Shown piece after piece: positions 12,201 to 26,700 of a DNA stretch of 64,000 bases. The translations under genes and the position numbers were made by a program. The notes under the pieces were generated by a model. The model worked only from the letters and a program-made list of their open reading frames with translations, was not told where the DNA came from and did no database searches. This DNA is from Vicugna vicugna (lineage: Eukaryota): positions 558,001-622,000 of the forward strand of contig MU057801.1 of assembly GCA_013265495.1 (NCBI GenBank). Reading direction: 5' to 3'. Positions within the stretch are counted from its first letter, which is position 1. Each line of letters starts with the position of its first letter.

Positions 12201-13904
12201 ATTCCACAACCTGTATCTGATATCGTGTAGAGAAGTACACTTAATAGAAATGTAGTAAAGGTTTACGGCTTCTGTACCATAAAAAAAGCCCTCAGTTTTC
12301 ATCACAGTGTCTCGGATACAGCCTGCAGCTGTGGACCACGTGCACGCGGGGTGGAGGGGAGAAGACGGGGTGGAGCAGAGATGCACGGGGACGGGGGGGT
12401 GCCCGTGACTGGGTGTCTGAGAAAGACCCTGGAGAACCGAGCTTCAGGCCTTTCGCAGGTCAGGCAGCGAGGAAGGAGGTGTATGAAATGAAATTTGCAC
12501 AATGAAAGCAAAAAGCAAAGCAAATGTCAATAGTACAGTTAGCCTCCCCAGACAGGTCACAGCCCCGCACCGCGGCCTCGGGCGCGGGGCCCGAGGAGCA
12601 CCAGTGGCTCCCGTCAGCGACGCTCTGGGGAAGCCGCTGCGTTGAGATGGACGGTCAGCAACGGGGCCCGGGTGCTGAAAGCAGCAAGTTCACAGCCAGG
12701 GCAGACGGGAGAGGGCAGGAGCCTCTCAGACCCAAGTGGAGATGCTGCCAGCCCGCCGTGGGTCCCGTCGGGCTCTTTCAGCTCCACCCAGAGACCGCTG
12801 CCGGCAAGTCGCAGGCACCCCACACCGAGCAGAGACGTTTTAGGCTCAAAGCTCTGAAGAGGAGACAAGGCAGGGAAGGCCACCCCCCTTCCGATGGGGT
12901 GACGGGCCACTCTTTTTAAAGCGCTGTGCCGTTGTCTTTGGTCTCTCTGAGGTAGTCCTGCATTTGCATTCCTTCTAGAGACGGGCACTCCCAGTGAACT
13001 TAGGAACAATGACACGAGTTACTCTCACACGTGCTACCCCCAGCCCTGAAATCCCACAGGAGTCCCAGAGCGGTGGCTCCTTCGCAGGATCCGTTCTTCG
13101 CCTACAGGCTCAGAATGCGCCCCAGCCCCTGAGGCTCACCTGATCCCTGGGGGCAGTGGAAGGCGGTGGCCTCCAGCACACAGTGCTTTCAGAACCCTTC
13201 AGACAGACCCCACAAGGGGACCCCAGAGCTACCGAGACCCCAGATGCCTTCCTGTCCCACGCACTCAATTCAGGCCTTGACAAACAGGATTCAGACAAGT
13301 TTTCTGAAAAGAGCTCAGTGTATTTGTAAATACCATCCCCCCTAAGCCAAGTGAAGTTAAGAAGATGGATCTCTCCTTGCTCGAAGCCGCTACTCACCTA
13401 CACCCTCCTCTAGTGCAGTTCCCACCAGGAAGGAAGGGCAAGCCGCCGGCGGACGGCGAAGGGGCCCTTCAGTGCTGCAGCAATAAAGGAGTAACCAGGC
13501 CCGGCGTCCCCGCCAGGCAGCCGGGGCCAGGCCCGTCCGGGGCCCAGAGGCACAGAAGCAGCAGCAGGGTCGCGGAGGGCAGGCAGGAGACGAGGGCTGG
13601 CTCTCAGAGGTTGCCAAGGGCTGACGCTGCTGACTACTGCCATGAAACTGGAGGCGGGAAAGTCATCTGAAGAGAAGGAAAATGGCCCTGGCAGGACCAC
13701 CGAGCCTGCGAGAGGAGACGTGCTGGACTCAGGGATGCAGGAGGCCGGGAGCAGAGGCACCATCCTGATGGCCGGCCTCACCTCCATCCTGCCTCCAGCC
13801 CGCGGCCTCCGAGCCCGCGCAACAGCCAGGGCCGGGCAGCGCCCCGCGCCCGCTGGACTCCCGGCTTGGGGACGACTGGTAGGAGGCTGGGAGGCCCCAT
13901 GCTG

Positions 13905-14040
13905 CATGCGGGGCCTCGGCAAGGTCCTGCCCTCTTGGAGACCATGGCATCCTCCGTAAAATGGGCCTGTCACAGAGCCCACCCATTAAAACACATGAGA
14001 TAAATGAGACGTATAGTGAAACGTTAGCTAAACAACCGCT
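13905..14040 (+). mobile_element. MIR SINE fragment
   Basis: ctcggcaaggtcc...cctccgtaaaatggg...gagataaatgagacgtatagtgaaacgttagc matches the MIR core and 3' part. Confidence 0.6.
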
Positions 14041-17000
14041 GTTCTCGAACAACTAAACTCATATGTGTTTCCTCTGCCTTTGCAGGGCACTTAACGTAGT
14101 GGGGCTGGAAAAACACATCCTTTGGGAACCAAAGGCATGATGTGGGGCCCTTTTCTGCTGGAAAAGCCCCAAGGTGTGGGGAGGAGGTGGGGGTTACTTT
14201 CTGGAGCCAGTGTCTGCAACAGCCCCTCTGCCCTGAAAACCCTGCCTCTTGGATTTAGCGCTCCTTTTCAGTGATTCGGGGTCCGAGGCCAGGACGCGGG
14301 ACCCGGCCTGGCTGCAGCCCCCTCCCAACTTACAGTGAGAGGATCGCCTGCCACTGGATTGAGAAACATGGAAACCACTGCAGACTCACACTTCCAAGCA
14401 ACCTGATCACTCTCTGTAGATTAGGGGCCCCTGGACAGACTGGACGTCCAACTGGAAACATTTTTCTCATTTCTGTTTTCTAACCATGGAACTGACCTGA
14501 GGGGGTGGGGTGGGGGATTAACCGACAGAAAGGCTGCAGGCCACGGTGAGAGCCCCCCTGAATCAACAGTCGGATGCACAGCTTCAGAGCAATACAACAC
14601 AGGTAATTGAGTTTCATAAAAGGAGCTTTCCAGAGCTGGTTGTTTTTCCCTCCCAGCCTATTGAAACGTACACACCACGAGGACAAAGTACAAGGTACCG
14701 TTCGGAGGTAATTTCACTTCCGCACATATTTAATGTGCTTCTGGGGAAGAAACATTTCATGGTTCCTCTGCTCAGCAAACGAAATCAATCAACGTGTTAA
14801 GAGAGTGATTTTTTTTCCTTGCTGTTTGAGGGGAGTGCCCTTTACTTTTCTATTAACGCGAACTTAATGAACCGTTTCACATTCAAAACCCCTTAGAAAG
14901 GCCGTGATGCCTATTTCTTAATTAAATTTTTTTAAGTCAGATAATGCTAATGTTCCCTCCACACGGGGAGCCGGGCTTCCAGGAAATTACCGAGAACAAA
15001 CAGCAACAGAGTGAGGACTTCCAGTGCGTTACACATAGCTGTTTGTGGGGCCTTATACAGGAAGACAGAGAGAGAAAAATGGCCTGGCCCAGCGTTTTAC
15101 TACGTGTCATCAGAGAACCCGGCATTTGGGGTTGCCATGGAATTCAGGCCTAAACAAAGTTGATCCTTTGGGGACAACTTCGTGTGACGCGTGATGCTTC
15201 TAAACAGCCAGCCAGCATCATCAAGCCAACACGCCTCAAAGCAAGGCAGCGGCCGCTCCCCCCCCTCCAGAATGGCTTCTACACCTTCCTGCTGAGACTT
15301 CACAGCCCGAGCTGAAAGGCTGAGGCCCTGTGTGATGCAGGAGCAGGTACTTGAGGCTCGCTGCTGCCTCATCCTTGCCCGTCTGATGTTTTTCCGTCCT
15401 AATTGCAGCGACAGCATCGGAGCTTTGTCCGCGTTACCTGCTCTGAATAGAGGCCCTCTCGGGCCCCTTGTCACCGCGTCGGGAAGAAAGCGGGCCCTCG
15501 GGTTGGCAGCAGACTTGGACTCTCGCCCCCGGCCATGCTGTGCGATCACGCTGTTTATTCCGCTGTAACAATCAGACAGCGCGGGCAGAGCACCTGGTCC
15601 TCCCGGCCGGGCCTTCCTTGGCAGCTGACGGGCAACCTCGCTGCCAGGTGGTCGTGCTTCAATGACATTAGCTAGCCATTCTAGGGTTAACGAGGACCCA
15701 CTTTCTTCAGAACGCCCCGGGAAAATCAGTTATTCATAGAGGACAGTATGCCTTTTGTCAATCACTGAACAATGTTGCTGAAAAAACCCATTAAATTAAA
15801 TTCTCTTTATTGGACTGAATAATGCAATAGCGATAGCCCCAGCGAGAAGTTTGCACGTTTATTTACCAAAATTCTGAATAATTTATACATGGATCCTGGC
15901 TCTTGCCCATTGAGTGGCCAAATGCTTCTTCGGAGCAGAACAGTGTATCTCGGCCTTCATTTTAATGTGGGTTAATAGGCTGGAAAATGAAGTCTCATTT
16001 TAACTGAGAATTCACATTCCAATTTTCTCTTGCAGGAGGACATTCGAATATATTGGCACGAATTTACATCAGATGCTTTTTCTTTGCCTTTCTCTCTGGA
16101 TCTTTCACATGATCGCCGTTTTCCTGAAGGAAAGTGGAAGAGCAGGGAACAGCAGGAGGAAGAGTGAAAGGGTGAGAGGCTCTGAGCTGGAGAAGCGCTC
16201 AGGTGGCAGGTGCTCCTGGGGCGGGGAGTGTGGGTGGCATCTGACGGTGGCCGGGACATCCCCTTCCACCCCGAGACCTGCTCCTGGGGCCTCGGCGGCA
16301 GACAGGAGCCCCCTTCCCCCCTCTTCCTTCGCTTCCCTCCCCCAGGGGCTGAGGTGGGTCCCTGGAGGAGGCCTCCTGCCCCTCCCGTACGTGCTTCAGT
16401 GTCTGCCCTGCAGTTAGACGCCCAGGCGGCCTCAGACCTGGGGCTGCACGGACTGAACGTGCAGAGAAGGCTGAAATGGAAGAAAGTCTGGGGCGCACAG
16501 GGAGACCGAGCAGTCACTTAGAGAGCGCTGTCCTGGGGCCTGGCCTTAGCTGTTGGGGAGGTCATTTTAAAACAGGATTTTTTTTTAATTCGGAGGTAGC
16601 ATTAACAAAAACATCAGCCAAATGTACATACTTGTTATCAAAAAGGACAAAAGCCAAGCAAAGAAAACATTTCTATTCGATTTCACTTTCATTTAAAACA
16701 ATGCTGCCTTTCTTTCAGAGATAAAGAAGAGTGTCTGAACAAACTGAGGAAGAGAGGTGTCAATTTTAGTTGATACGCAAATTCCAAGTCCTGGATGAGA
16801 ATATTTTTAGTGCTGAGAGATCATGCAGTTGGGAAGCTGAGGGTGTTGGCAAGCTCACGGGCTAAGGATGAGAACTCCTCCTGGCACACGGCTGGCCCAG
16901 AGCTCGGCCGAGAACCCAGCCTCCATCAGCGCTGAGCCTCCTCTCCTGTAGAACAGATAACCCCACTGCGGAGTGACAACTGAGACGACCGAACGCATCC

Positions 17001-20000
17001 CACACGTCTCAAGGGCTCGCTGAGTGGGACCGGCCAGAGGATGCTCTGTGAGAACTCCTCAACTGGGGGCCTCTCTGCTCCCCGGGTCCTGACGGACTCC
17101 GGCTGGGGGCAGGTGCTCCGCCCTCCAGTCCCGTCCTGTAACCACCTCCCCGGCTTCCTCTGCAGCAAAACCTCAAAAGCAAAAGCAGCCTGAAACCCAG
17201 ATCCAGAATAGAGCCAGCGCCAAAGAGAAACTTTCTTGTTTGTCGGCTGATGAAACTTCAAGGGCGTGGACCAGAACTGGGCATTTGGAAAATGTTTTAG
17301 TTTTGTCTCCTGATCATTTCTGATGAGCTCTCTGGCTTTGCCTTGGCACTCATCTTCCTGAGGCGGCCCGCAGCCCAGTCACCGCGGATGGCTCTCGTGA
17401 CACTAGCCCTGGATTCTAAGACCACCTGGAACGAGGCTCCCACTCAAAGGCATGAGGATGCGCTGGGGCCGGGCGGACGCTCTTCTGAGGCTGGAAAACA
17501 ATGGCTGACACTTCTGTGGGGACAGGCAGACGGCACATCAAAGGCGGCCCTTTGGTAAGAGAAAAATCGTGTGATGCCCACTTCAGTCGTGCTGAAAATC
17601 TATGCACAAACTGAACCCAATTTCATTTTTCACATAAATGCTGAGGCTTGATACAAGGACGTCTTTTGCTTTACAGGTAAAAGACAAGGAGACAGAGATG
17701 TGCTGGTGCAGCCTTCGCACTCTTCCAGGCAATTTCAATGGCCGCGATACTTAACCACGGAGACGAGGGCAGGGACGCGACAATAGCTGCATTTAAAGCC
17801 TTCTGACTAAAACCAGTCATTGTCACAGATTAAAGAAAGGCATTAATACCCACATTTTCTTGAAAGCTGCGCCGCGTTTATACTTTAACCCTTTGATCAA
17901 TTAACAAAGGTCTGGAAAGGTAAGATGGTGCCCTTGCAAGGGCTCCACAATGACGGTGGCATGGGGATGCGACTGAAGGGGGTCGGATTCGGCTCCTGGA
18001 TGTGGAAGGATGTGGAATAAGCATCTCTCTGGGCAGGGATGGGGGGACATTCTCCACGAGCAGATGCCCTGGAATGGAGGGAGTCCAGGCAGTGACTCGT
18101 CTGCCGCTGTGTTATTTTGGGCAGACTATGAAACGGTGTCTCCAGATGCCTCCTGCCCTCCGCCGTCCTCTCCTTGCATCTCTGGGTCCCTCTAGAGTTT
18201 TGGGGGTTCCACGACAGGTGCCCTGCTTGTGGAGCTGCTGCTGTTCGCCCTTCGTGGTTTCTGGCCAACTTCCCAGCATCTGCACCTCCCTCCTGCTGGC
18301 CAGGGTGCCAGCCTGTCTAACCACGTGACAGTCCTGTGCAGTGGAGTCCCGGCTCCCGGCCCAGCACCACTGCTCACCCAGCTGTGCGCCCGCGAGGAAG
18401 GCAGGCACCTTGGTCTCCTCAACGTTGTCCTATAGGAGGCACTGGGGACCACGCCCAGCACACACTAAGCCCCAAGCCCCAGAGGGAGGTCCACTTCTGT
18501 CTGCCACTCCCGATTCCTGACCTCCTCTCCCTGGAGCAGCACAAGCCCCTCTTCCCGTTCCCCGGGGCATCCGTGACTCCCTGAGAAGGGCCCGCCCAAC
18601 GCCTGGCAGTGCATCAGGATCACCTGGTGATTACTCAGCGGGGAGAACTCCCCACCCCAAGCCGAGGCGACCAGGATCCATGGGGTGGGCCCTGAGCACC
18701 AGTGAACGCTGCAGTTCCCCAGGTGATCCTAGGGGGAAACCACGGCTAAAGGCAACGCACACAAGCAGTGCCCCTGCAGCAGCGGCTGCAGAAAAGGAGG
18801 GCACGACCTCCCAGGGCCGGAAGCTGGGCCTGAGAGCCCCGCAAGCAGGATGTCTTATCTCAAAAATAAGGCACATTCATGGCTTGTGTTTACTTTAATA
18901 AAAAAGGTTGTGAATGATTAACCACCGAGCATGGCTGACGACCTGCAAAGACAGGTCTGCTTCTCGGGGGACCTGCCTGTACCTGGCTCACCTCCTGGTT
19001 CCCAGTCTGAGAAGCTCTAACGTCGTGTCGGGGTATCCCAGGAGCGCCCAAGTCTTGAAAGGAGATTCACAAAGACAGGGAAGCCTGCTGCACCCGCAGG
19101 GCTGGAGTCAGGAAGGTGGGAGGGCAGACGGCAGGACAAGTATATTGGTCTGAGGTTGGCTCTGGGTACAAGGGCCACTGAGTGATGTTTCCCGTGCAGC
19201 TGGAACTGGAAGCTCAGGAGAGCCTTTAACCCCTTCCCGGCTTTGGCTCCATTCATGACTTGGAGAAGCCAACATCTGGAAAGGACTGCTCCTACAAAAT
19301 CCTCTTTTAAAAATGAACCAAAAGCAGAAAAGACCAATCACCTCCTCTCTGACCACCCCAAACAAGGCTATCTTCCCCCGCGGCCAGTTGGCAGGAACAA
19401 GAAAGAGCAGGTCTCAAAAGTGCCCCCCCGCCCCCACCCTGCACTGAACACTGCGTTACCCTGAGCTGTCGGAGGGGCCTTAAGACTCACATGTCGGTGC
19501 AATCCAAATTACAAATACATTTTTATCGGTTTGTCCAATGCATTTGCCACTCTGACAACCAGCCTGTAGAGAGGTACACTCTTAAGAGGAACTGACAAAA
19601 TCCAGCAACTGCTCTGAAAGACGCACGAAGAAGATCTGAATTTGTAAGCATTTCCTGAAAAGCTGAAATCACAACAGAGCCAAAGCCAATGTAGTCCCAA
19701 GCACTGAACAATGCCCGCCTGTTTTCGGGAAAAAAAAAAAAAAGAATGACTGAATTTACAAATGTAGTCTCTTCTCAGCGCCAAGAACATTTCCCTGATG
19801 TAGGAGCCCCTCGCCCCCTCGAACCCGAGCTCTGGGCAGCAGCGTTTGATATCCCTACCGAACCACCTGCTCTTCTTAGAGATCAAAGCTGGGCCCTCAG
19901 GTTGCTGGGTGGGTGTGCATGCGTCTAGCTAGCAGGCATGTACAGGTAAAGACTCAAAGTTACAAAACAAAAATTGGAGATTTGTTTCCCTCTCAATTTT

Positions 20001-20162
20001 TCCATGTTGAGAGTTTCACGTGAAAACTATTCAGAGAAACAAGACACAGTTCTAAACTAACTGTAAATTAAAGACACGCGGTGGCAAGTTATACACCCTT
20101 GTGTGGAAAGGATCGCCTCTTCTTACAGTGAAAGATGCATCAAGCCATGTTTTGAAATTAAT

Positions 20163-20258
20163 GAGAAGGAGAGGAGGAGGGGGGAGGAGCTGGAGGAGGA
20201 GGGAGGGGAAGGAGGAGAGAGAGAAGAGAAGAGGATGGGGGAGGAGGAGGAGCAGGAA
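20163..20258. repeat. GA-rich polypurine low-complexity tract
   Basis: About 95 nt almost entirely G/A (GGA/GAGAA units). Confidence 0.9.
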
Positions 20259-21322
20259 CAATCACACCCCATGACATCACAGGACACTGGTGGAAACCAA
20301 CTGAACTCATACAGCAAGGAGGTGAGATTGCGCTGGCCAGCACCCCCGCCCCCTGCCCGGTGACACAGGACACGGCTGACTCCAGCCGCCTCAGGAACAG
20401 CGCAGAGGCCAAACATTCCATGATGCCCAATGGTTTTACATAAATGACGATGTGACTTAATGCACTGGGCTAGGTCCCGCAATTTCAAAATATCTGGGCC
20501 ACAATGGGGTGGGAACACTGGGTAACCTCCCCAGAGTGACAAATCACCCATCTGCTCAGGCTGTCTGTGCCCAAATGCACCTTCTAGGGCCGGATCCGGA
20601 TCTGAAGCTCTCTGGCTGCAGCGGTTCCAATGGGCTTTGGTTTGATGGCTCATTTGTCTGGATGCAAAACCCACTTACACTGGTCTCCTGGCTGATGGGC
20701 AGGGATGCTATTTTAATTATTTTGCTTGTAGATTTTTAACATGTTTAATAAAAATTGCACGTAAGGCAGAGATATGTTTTTTCTATTTAGAACTTTCACT
20801 GCAATGATATACAGGTGATCTGAGTCCCCATTTGGTGGGTCGGTAAGGGAAGGAGGGCCATGCACTGCCCGGCACCAGCAGGTGTTAGCTGCGGGGGCCT
20901 GAGCCAGTCTGGAGAGCTGGCGAACCTGGCAGGCCACTTGAGAGTGTCCCAGGTAAGACGTATTTCATTTGTCAACTGATTTGTAAAGACCTTGTTACAC
21001 AACAGGGTTGGAGACACTGCCTACAACAACAATAATAAAATAGCATTCATTGGGCACAGTGCCCAGAGAAACCAGCCACACAAGTATGAGGTCAGAGGGA
21101 AAGGATGGTCCCAGAGAGAGAGAGATCAAAATGGCTCAAGACACAGTGACCTCAACAACCAGGGTTCCCGGAAGGAGCAGCCCTGCAGACACCCTCTGGG
21201 TTCCGGCAGGCGTCCTGCCAGGGGGTCGAATCCTCCCCACGGGCCCCCATGCACACAGACTGCTCTGCACAGTTAACTGAGGTGATGCTCACATGTAACA
21301 CACATTTTTGGAATCCAAACAA

Positions 21323-21423
21323 CTAGGCTGAACTATATGAAAATGCCTTTTTTACTAGGTCAAAAGTAGTTAAATGTTAGCCACTTGATGGATTTCAACC
21401 CAACTTGATGGATTTCAACCCAA
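21323..21423. mobile_element. MADE2-like mariner-derived MITE (about 80 bp) with its last 20 bp duplicated in tandem
   Basis: taggctgaactatatgaaaatgcc...aggtcaaaa...ttcaacccaa resembles the MADE2 consensus with degenerate TIRs. acttgatggatttcaaccca occurs at 21383-21402 and 21403-21422. Confidence 0.75.
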
Positions 21424-23139
21424 TTTCAAACAAGGTGTTGAGCTCATCTTGCAGCCTGGCTCTGGCTTTTCACCTCCATGAAGCTATTTTTCTGAGCATC
21501 TTTGGAGGGGATGAGGTGGGGCAGTTCTGGATCAGGCCACGCTGCAGGGGCCTCAGGATCCCCGCCCGCATCAAGGATGTCTCCGTGGAGAGTCTTACCA
21601 TTTTCCCAGAAGAAAGGGATCATTTCTATTCTATCACCTTTAATAAAATCTGTGCTACCGAGTTTCTCAGGCAACGTCATGAAACAGATACTGGAAAACA
21701 GTGATGGCGTTTCTGGCCTTCAAGCATTTCCTCTCACTTTAATCTCAGGAGGGAACATCTCAAAATCACAAGTATCTTTTCATCACATTGAAAGGAAATA
21801 CAGCTTTTTTATATGGGTCTCTACTCTCCCCTAAGAGAAGAGAAAGACATTATAAAAATTCATTAATAACTTACTCAAAAAGAGCTATCTGATTTCGGGT
21901 TTATGAATACATAATGAAAGAAAAAGTAAATGTGCTTTCAAGTCATGACTTAACAGAAGTTGGGTGAGTCCACAGCCAACACAGAGCACGGCCGGCTTTC
22001 TAGAACCTCAACCCAGAGACCTTGGAATGCGGGTCCCATTCAGCAACCTGAGAAGATGGGGAGCTTTTCACATGCAGAGAGCACACGAGGAAGTTCATTA
22101 ACTAAACAGCGCGGGTGGAGCAGATGGATGCTACCTGTGCTCCAACGACGCTAAGTTGGGACAGAGGTTTGTAGTCCTTAATGAGGCTCCATAAAATGAA
22201 TGATTACATAGTGATCACAAGGAAACAAGCCTGCAGAAGGGCTGGGTATCAGGGCAACAAGTCCTGCAACATGGTAACAAGACCAGCATGTGAGAGAAAG
22301 TATCCAACACACAAAACCTCCCAGGTCACTCCAGCCCAGCCCAGCCGCAGGGCTGAGGCAGGCGGTCCAGTCTACGAAGGGTTAAGCTTGAAATGACAGT
22401 TAGTGGGGCAATAATACAAAAATGCCTGGCCGTGGAAATGAACGGAACAGAAACCTTTATGTCACATATTAAGCACATTATTGAGAATGAGACACTCAAG
22501 TTTCCCTTTATCTGTACAGAAAGAGATGCAAAATGCCAGGGGCCTGGGCTTTTCAAACTGAAAGGGTTAGCAAAAGCGGCTATCCAGAAAGTGTGGGCAT
22601 CAAGATTACTTTTTAATGATATCTTTCTCCATATCACTAATTAACTCTACTTTTTCAGTGATGTCAAACTCTTAACTTTTTTTTTCCTCCTTTTTGGGTC
22701 CTAATTAACCTTTGCTGCACATAGCCTTGTGTATCCACTCAAAAGGTATTTTTTGGATGTGTGGGTAGAGTAGAAATTATTTTCAGGGTAAAAAATTGCT
22801 ATATATATGTTATTGTCCAGAACATAAAACTCAGAAAATAAGAATATATTTCTTCAGAATGATCTATTATGTTTTCCAATTTAGACAGAATATAATCTCA
22901 TGAACAGAAATGGAAAACTTTGGAACAAGACTATTCAGAGGACACAGGGCAGCTACGCACTGCAGAGCAGCTGCAGGGGTCACAGTCGTTAACGGGGACC
23001 CCGCTTCTGTCTCCGTGGCCCCCACTGGGATGCTCCACATCGCGATGCCGGGTCCTTACTTCCCCGGCTTCGATTTTTCTTTTTTCTCAGTACACATGAC
23101 CTTTACTGCAAGTTCAAATCTATTTTTGAAAGAGGCAGA

Positions 23140-23775
23140 ATATAAACGGGTTCAACATATACAAATGAACGTCTCTCTCACATCCATCTTCTCATACAGA
23201 TACAATAAAAGGAAAAAAATAAGAAGAGAAAAAAGGGAAAAAACTCTCCTTGTGATGAGAACTCTTAGGAGTTACTCTTTTAACGACTTTCCTTTCCCGT
23301 GGGGCTGTGCTAACTGCAGTCACCGTGTTGTACATTACATCCCTGGTACTTATCTATCCTGTAACTGACCAGCTTCCTCCAATTCCCACCCCTCCCCGTC
23401 ACAAGTCTGATCTCTTTTTGTATGACCTGTGTTTTTAGACTCCACATGTGCAATCACACAGGATCACAGTATTTGTCTGCCTTACTTCACTCAGCCTGAT
23501 GCCTTCAAAGTCCATCCATGTTGTCACAAAGGGTAGGACTAACCCGTTTTTTAATGGCTGAGTAACATTCCATTGTATATATACACACCATAACTTGTGC
23601 ATCTTCGATGGCCACTTAGGCTGTTTCCATCTCTGGGCTACTGTAAATAATGTTGCTATGAACACAGGGGTGCATGTATCTTTTTGAGTTAGTGTTTCTA
23701 TTTCCTTTGGATGTATTCCCAAAAGTGGAATTGCTGTATGATACTGCAGTTCTATTTTCAACATTTTGAGGATCA
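23140..23775 (-). mobile_element. L1 (L1MA-like) 3' fragment, ORF2 C-terminus plus 3' UTR
   Basis: ORF 23435-23776 reads LKIELQYHTAIPLLGIHPKE...CTPVFIATLFTVAQRWKQPK...TTWMDFEGIRLSEV, the L1 ORF2p C-terminus. Confidence 0.92.
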
Positions 23776-26700
23776 AAGCTACATAATTTTGATGGCCTCC
23801 TGTTCTTAGGTCAAAAACGTGGACTGCTGAGAGAGCAGAGGGGCCCCAGAGCCAGGCTGGTCTGGGCTCCCATCCTGGCCCTCTCCGGGCTATGGGGCCT
23901 TGGCCAAGACTCCTGCTTCCTCCAGATTCACTGTCTCCATCTGTGCGGCTGGATGAACACAGCCCGATTCTGCAGGGGTGTCGCTAAGAGTGGGAACAGT
24001 GGACCAATTGTCCATGTCTCCCGTGTGCCTTTGACTGGCTGTGCCCCTGCACGCTGCCCACCACTGTCCCAGACTCCCTTCTGGTCCCTCCGGGGACGAC
24101 AGAACAATTTATTGGTCACATGCAGACATGAACTGCTGACAAAGAGTAGTGTCCCCACTTCTCTCCGTATGTAATTATTTGTATATTCCACTGCATTTCA
24201 CCCACATTTAATAACAGTGGAAACAGGAGAAACCCCAACATTCCGGCACTACTCACAGTAGACAGAGCCCTCAAACCCCAAGCAGTGGGAGTGAAACTGG
24301 AAATTCTTTCCTGGGTAAACTCAAGAAAGATATTTTTAAAACTTCAGTACCTTTTCGGTTTTAATTTAACTGTCACGGTGGATTTTAGGCGTCTAATGAA
24401 TCTGCAGGCTCACAGAACGCACACCAGCTCGTTCCCAATGGCAGGAACACTGGAAACAAGCTGGAACAGCAGCACGTCAGACACCAGGACCGAGAGCACG
24501 CGCTGCGGAAGCCGAGCAACTGTGTGTCACTTTCTGAAAAATCAGAACGCCTTTTATAAGACGTCAGATGCACATTTGAATTCGTGTCTGTAGAAGAGAA
24601 AGCAAAAACTTTGACTTTGAAAATGTAACCAAAAGGAAATATCTAAGGAGCACAGGAGCCTCCAATCCCGTCCCCCAAGGAGGTCACAAAAAGGAACCTA
24701 TTAAAAAAAAAAACAAACCCTGCATCATCCTCCCAGGGCGAAGCTGCTTAAAAATTCACGTATCCGCCAAACTCGATCGCGAAGGCTCTCACGTGCCAGG
24801 CTGACTACGCACGCTCAGTGATTCGGCCTGTAATTAGAAACTGCCCAATCATTTATGTTGGCAATTCTTGACTCTGAACTATTAAATGATATGTTCAATA
24901 AAGGATGATTTATAAAAAGAATCATCATTTTGATCATTAATTCAAAAGGAGGCCTGATCGTATAAGGGCAAATAATATAAAGTCTCAGATTAAATTAAAT
25001 CTATAAGCACCAAGGATCCTAAATAATTTAGTGGAAAATTTTAAAGAAGATTCCCATGTATTTATTATATAGTTTGGAAAAAAAAAGTTCGTTCCAATGC
25101 AAATGTATAATCCAAATCTGTTTGGGTGGAATTTGACTGTTTGAACGAGCAGCGCACTGGGTGTACTGGGAGACACCGCAATATATCCCACGGAAGGGTC
25201 AACACCCCGGGCACCTGGAGACATTCTCATGTGAAATGCTCTGTAACCGAACCGACACGGCAGCAGCAGTAGCTTCTAGGGAAATTTTAAAAGAGAAAGT
25301 TAATTTACAAACGGTTTCTAGTGTCCTACAAAGGCAGTGCTTTCCGATTGGTTTTCTAATAAACAGATGAAACAACAAAAAATCAATCTGCCAAACTGTT
25401 AGACTCCTCCATTGTGGGAAAGGAACAAAGTTGAAACTTAAAAATTCCCTTTCTCTGGAGGAAAAAAAAAAAAGTCCAGAAATTAAAAAGCAATCTCAAC
25501 CCAGAGCAAAGCAAGACACTCGTATGTTTTCAGTATGACTAACACATTTTATATAGACACCCAGAGGCCACCTTTCCAGAGCCTCGCAACTGAAAGACTT
25601 TTCAGCCGCAGGGGTTAAAAGTGTGGGTGTGGAAGTCAGCTTTTGTCTGAAAAATTAGCAATGCTATGAGTCACCGTGCAGGAGCGGCAGAAGAGTTTTG
25701 CATCTTGCCCGGACCCAGACACCATATGCCATGCAAAGGCCTATTACTTTATTCGGTGCCACCGCTGACAGGCGGCCACGTGGGTATCCCCAGCGGAAGG
25801 GCTGTCTCCTCCCAGCGGCGAGGACAGGAACCCAGCGAGCTGAACACATCCGACATTGTGCAGAGCAGCGGGAACAGCTGGTGAGCTTGAGCGGCAACGG
25901 CCAAGCCGAGCGCGGATGCTAATGAGCCCGGCGACAATGCCGGCCTCCAGGCAGGCGACGGCCGTGGCCCGAGTCCCCACAACAGCCTCCGGAGCAGATC
26001 TGCCCTTTCATGCCTTTAGTCTCATTAAAACAGGGTCCTAGTATTTGTGGTTTATCAAAATCGGTTATAAGTCACATCTTAGAAACCCACCCAGCAGACC
26101 TGACACGCTGGAAAAGCTGCAGGGACAGGGACGCATGACGCCATGGGCATCGGCAGGTGCCCCAAGCGGGCAGGCGGGGCCGCTGCCGGGTTGGTCCCGG
26201 GCTCATCACAGACAACTGTGCGGCCTCGGCCACATTATTTAATCTCTCCGGGCCTCGGGGCCTTGCCTACGTTCTCAAACACAATCAAATGTATAACAGA
26301 TTTTATTATACAAGACACTGCACTACGTCTGTGTAATACAGTAAAATAGGGTACTAACTGTGGGTTTGAGCCCCCAGTGGCATCTGGGGTCCCCAGACCA
26401 CTAAGTTCTTTGAAGGTTCCAGGTTCATGGAGCGTTCTGCTCTGCCGAAGGCCTTTACTTCCGCTGACCGCTCCTTCCTTTGACCAGATCCCGTGACTGC
26501 GAGTCACCGGCCAAATGCCAGGTCAGAGGCCCCTCCCCGGAACGCCCTCCTCGGGGCTCTTCCATCCTAGCCATCAGGAAGCCCTGCAGACACCTCTCTT
26601 CCTTACTGTTTTCCATCCCATCCCAGAGCCCCGTGAGGACGGGTACCCTGCCTTCCCCTGGCGGCGCCCCAGCAGCAGTGTGGCTCCCTGCACACGGGAA

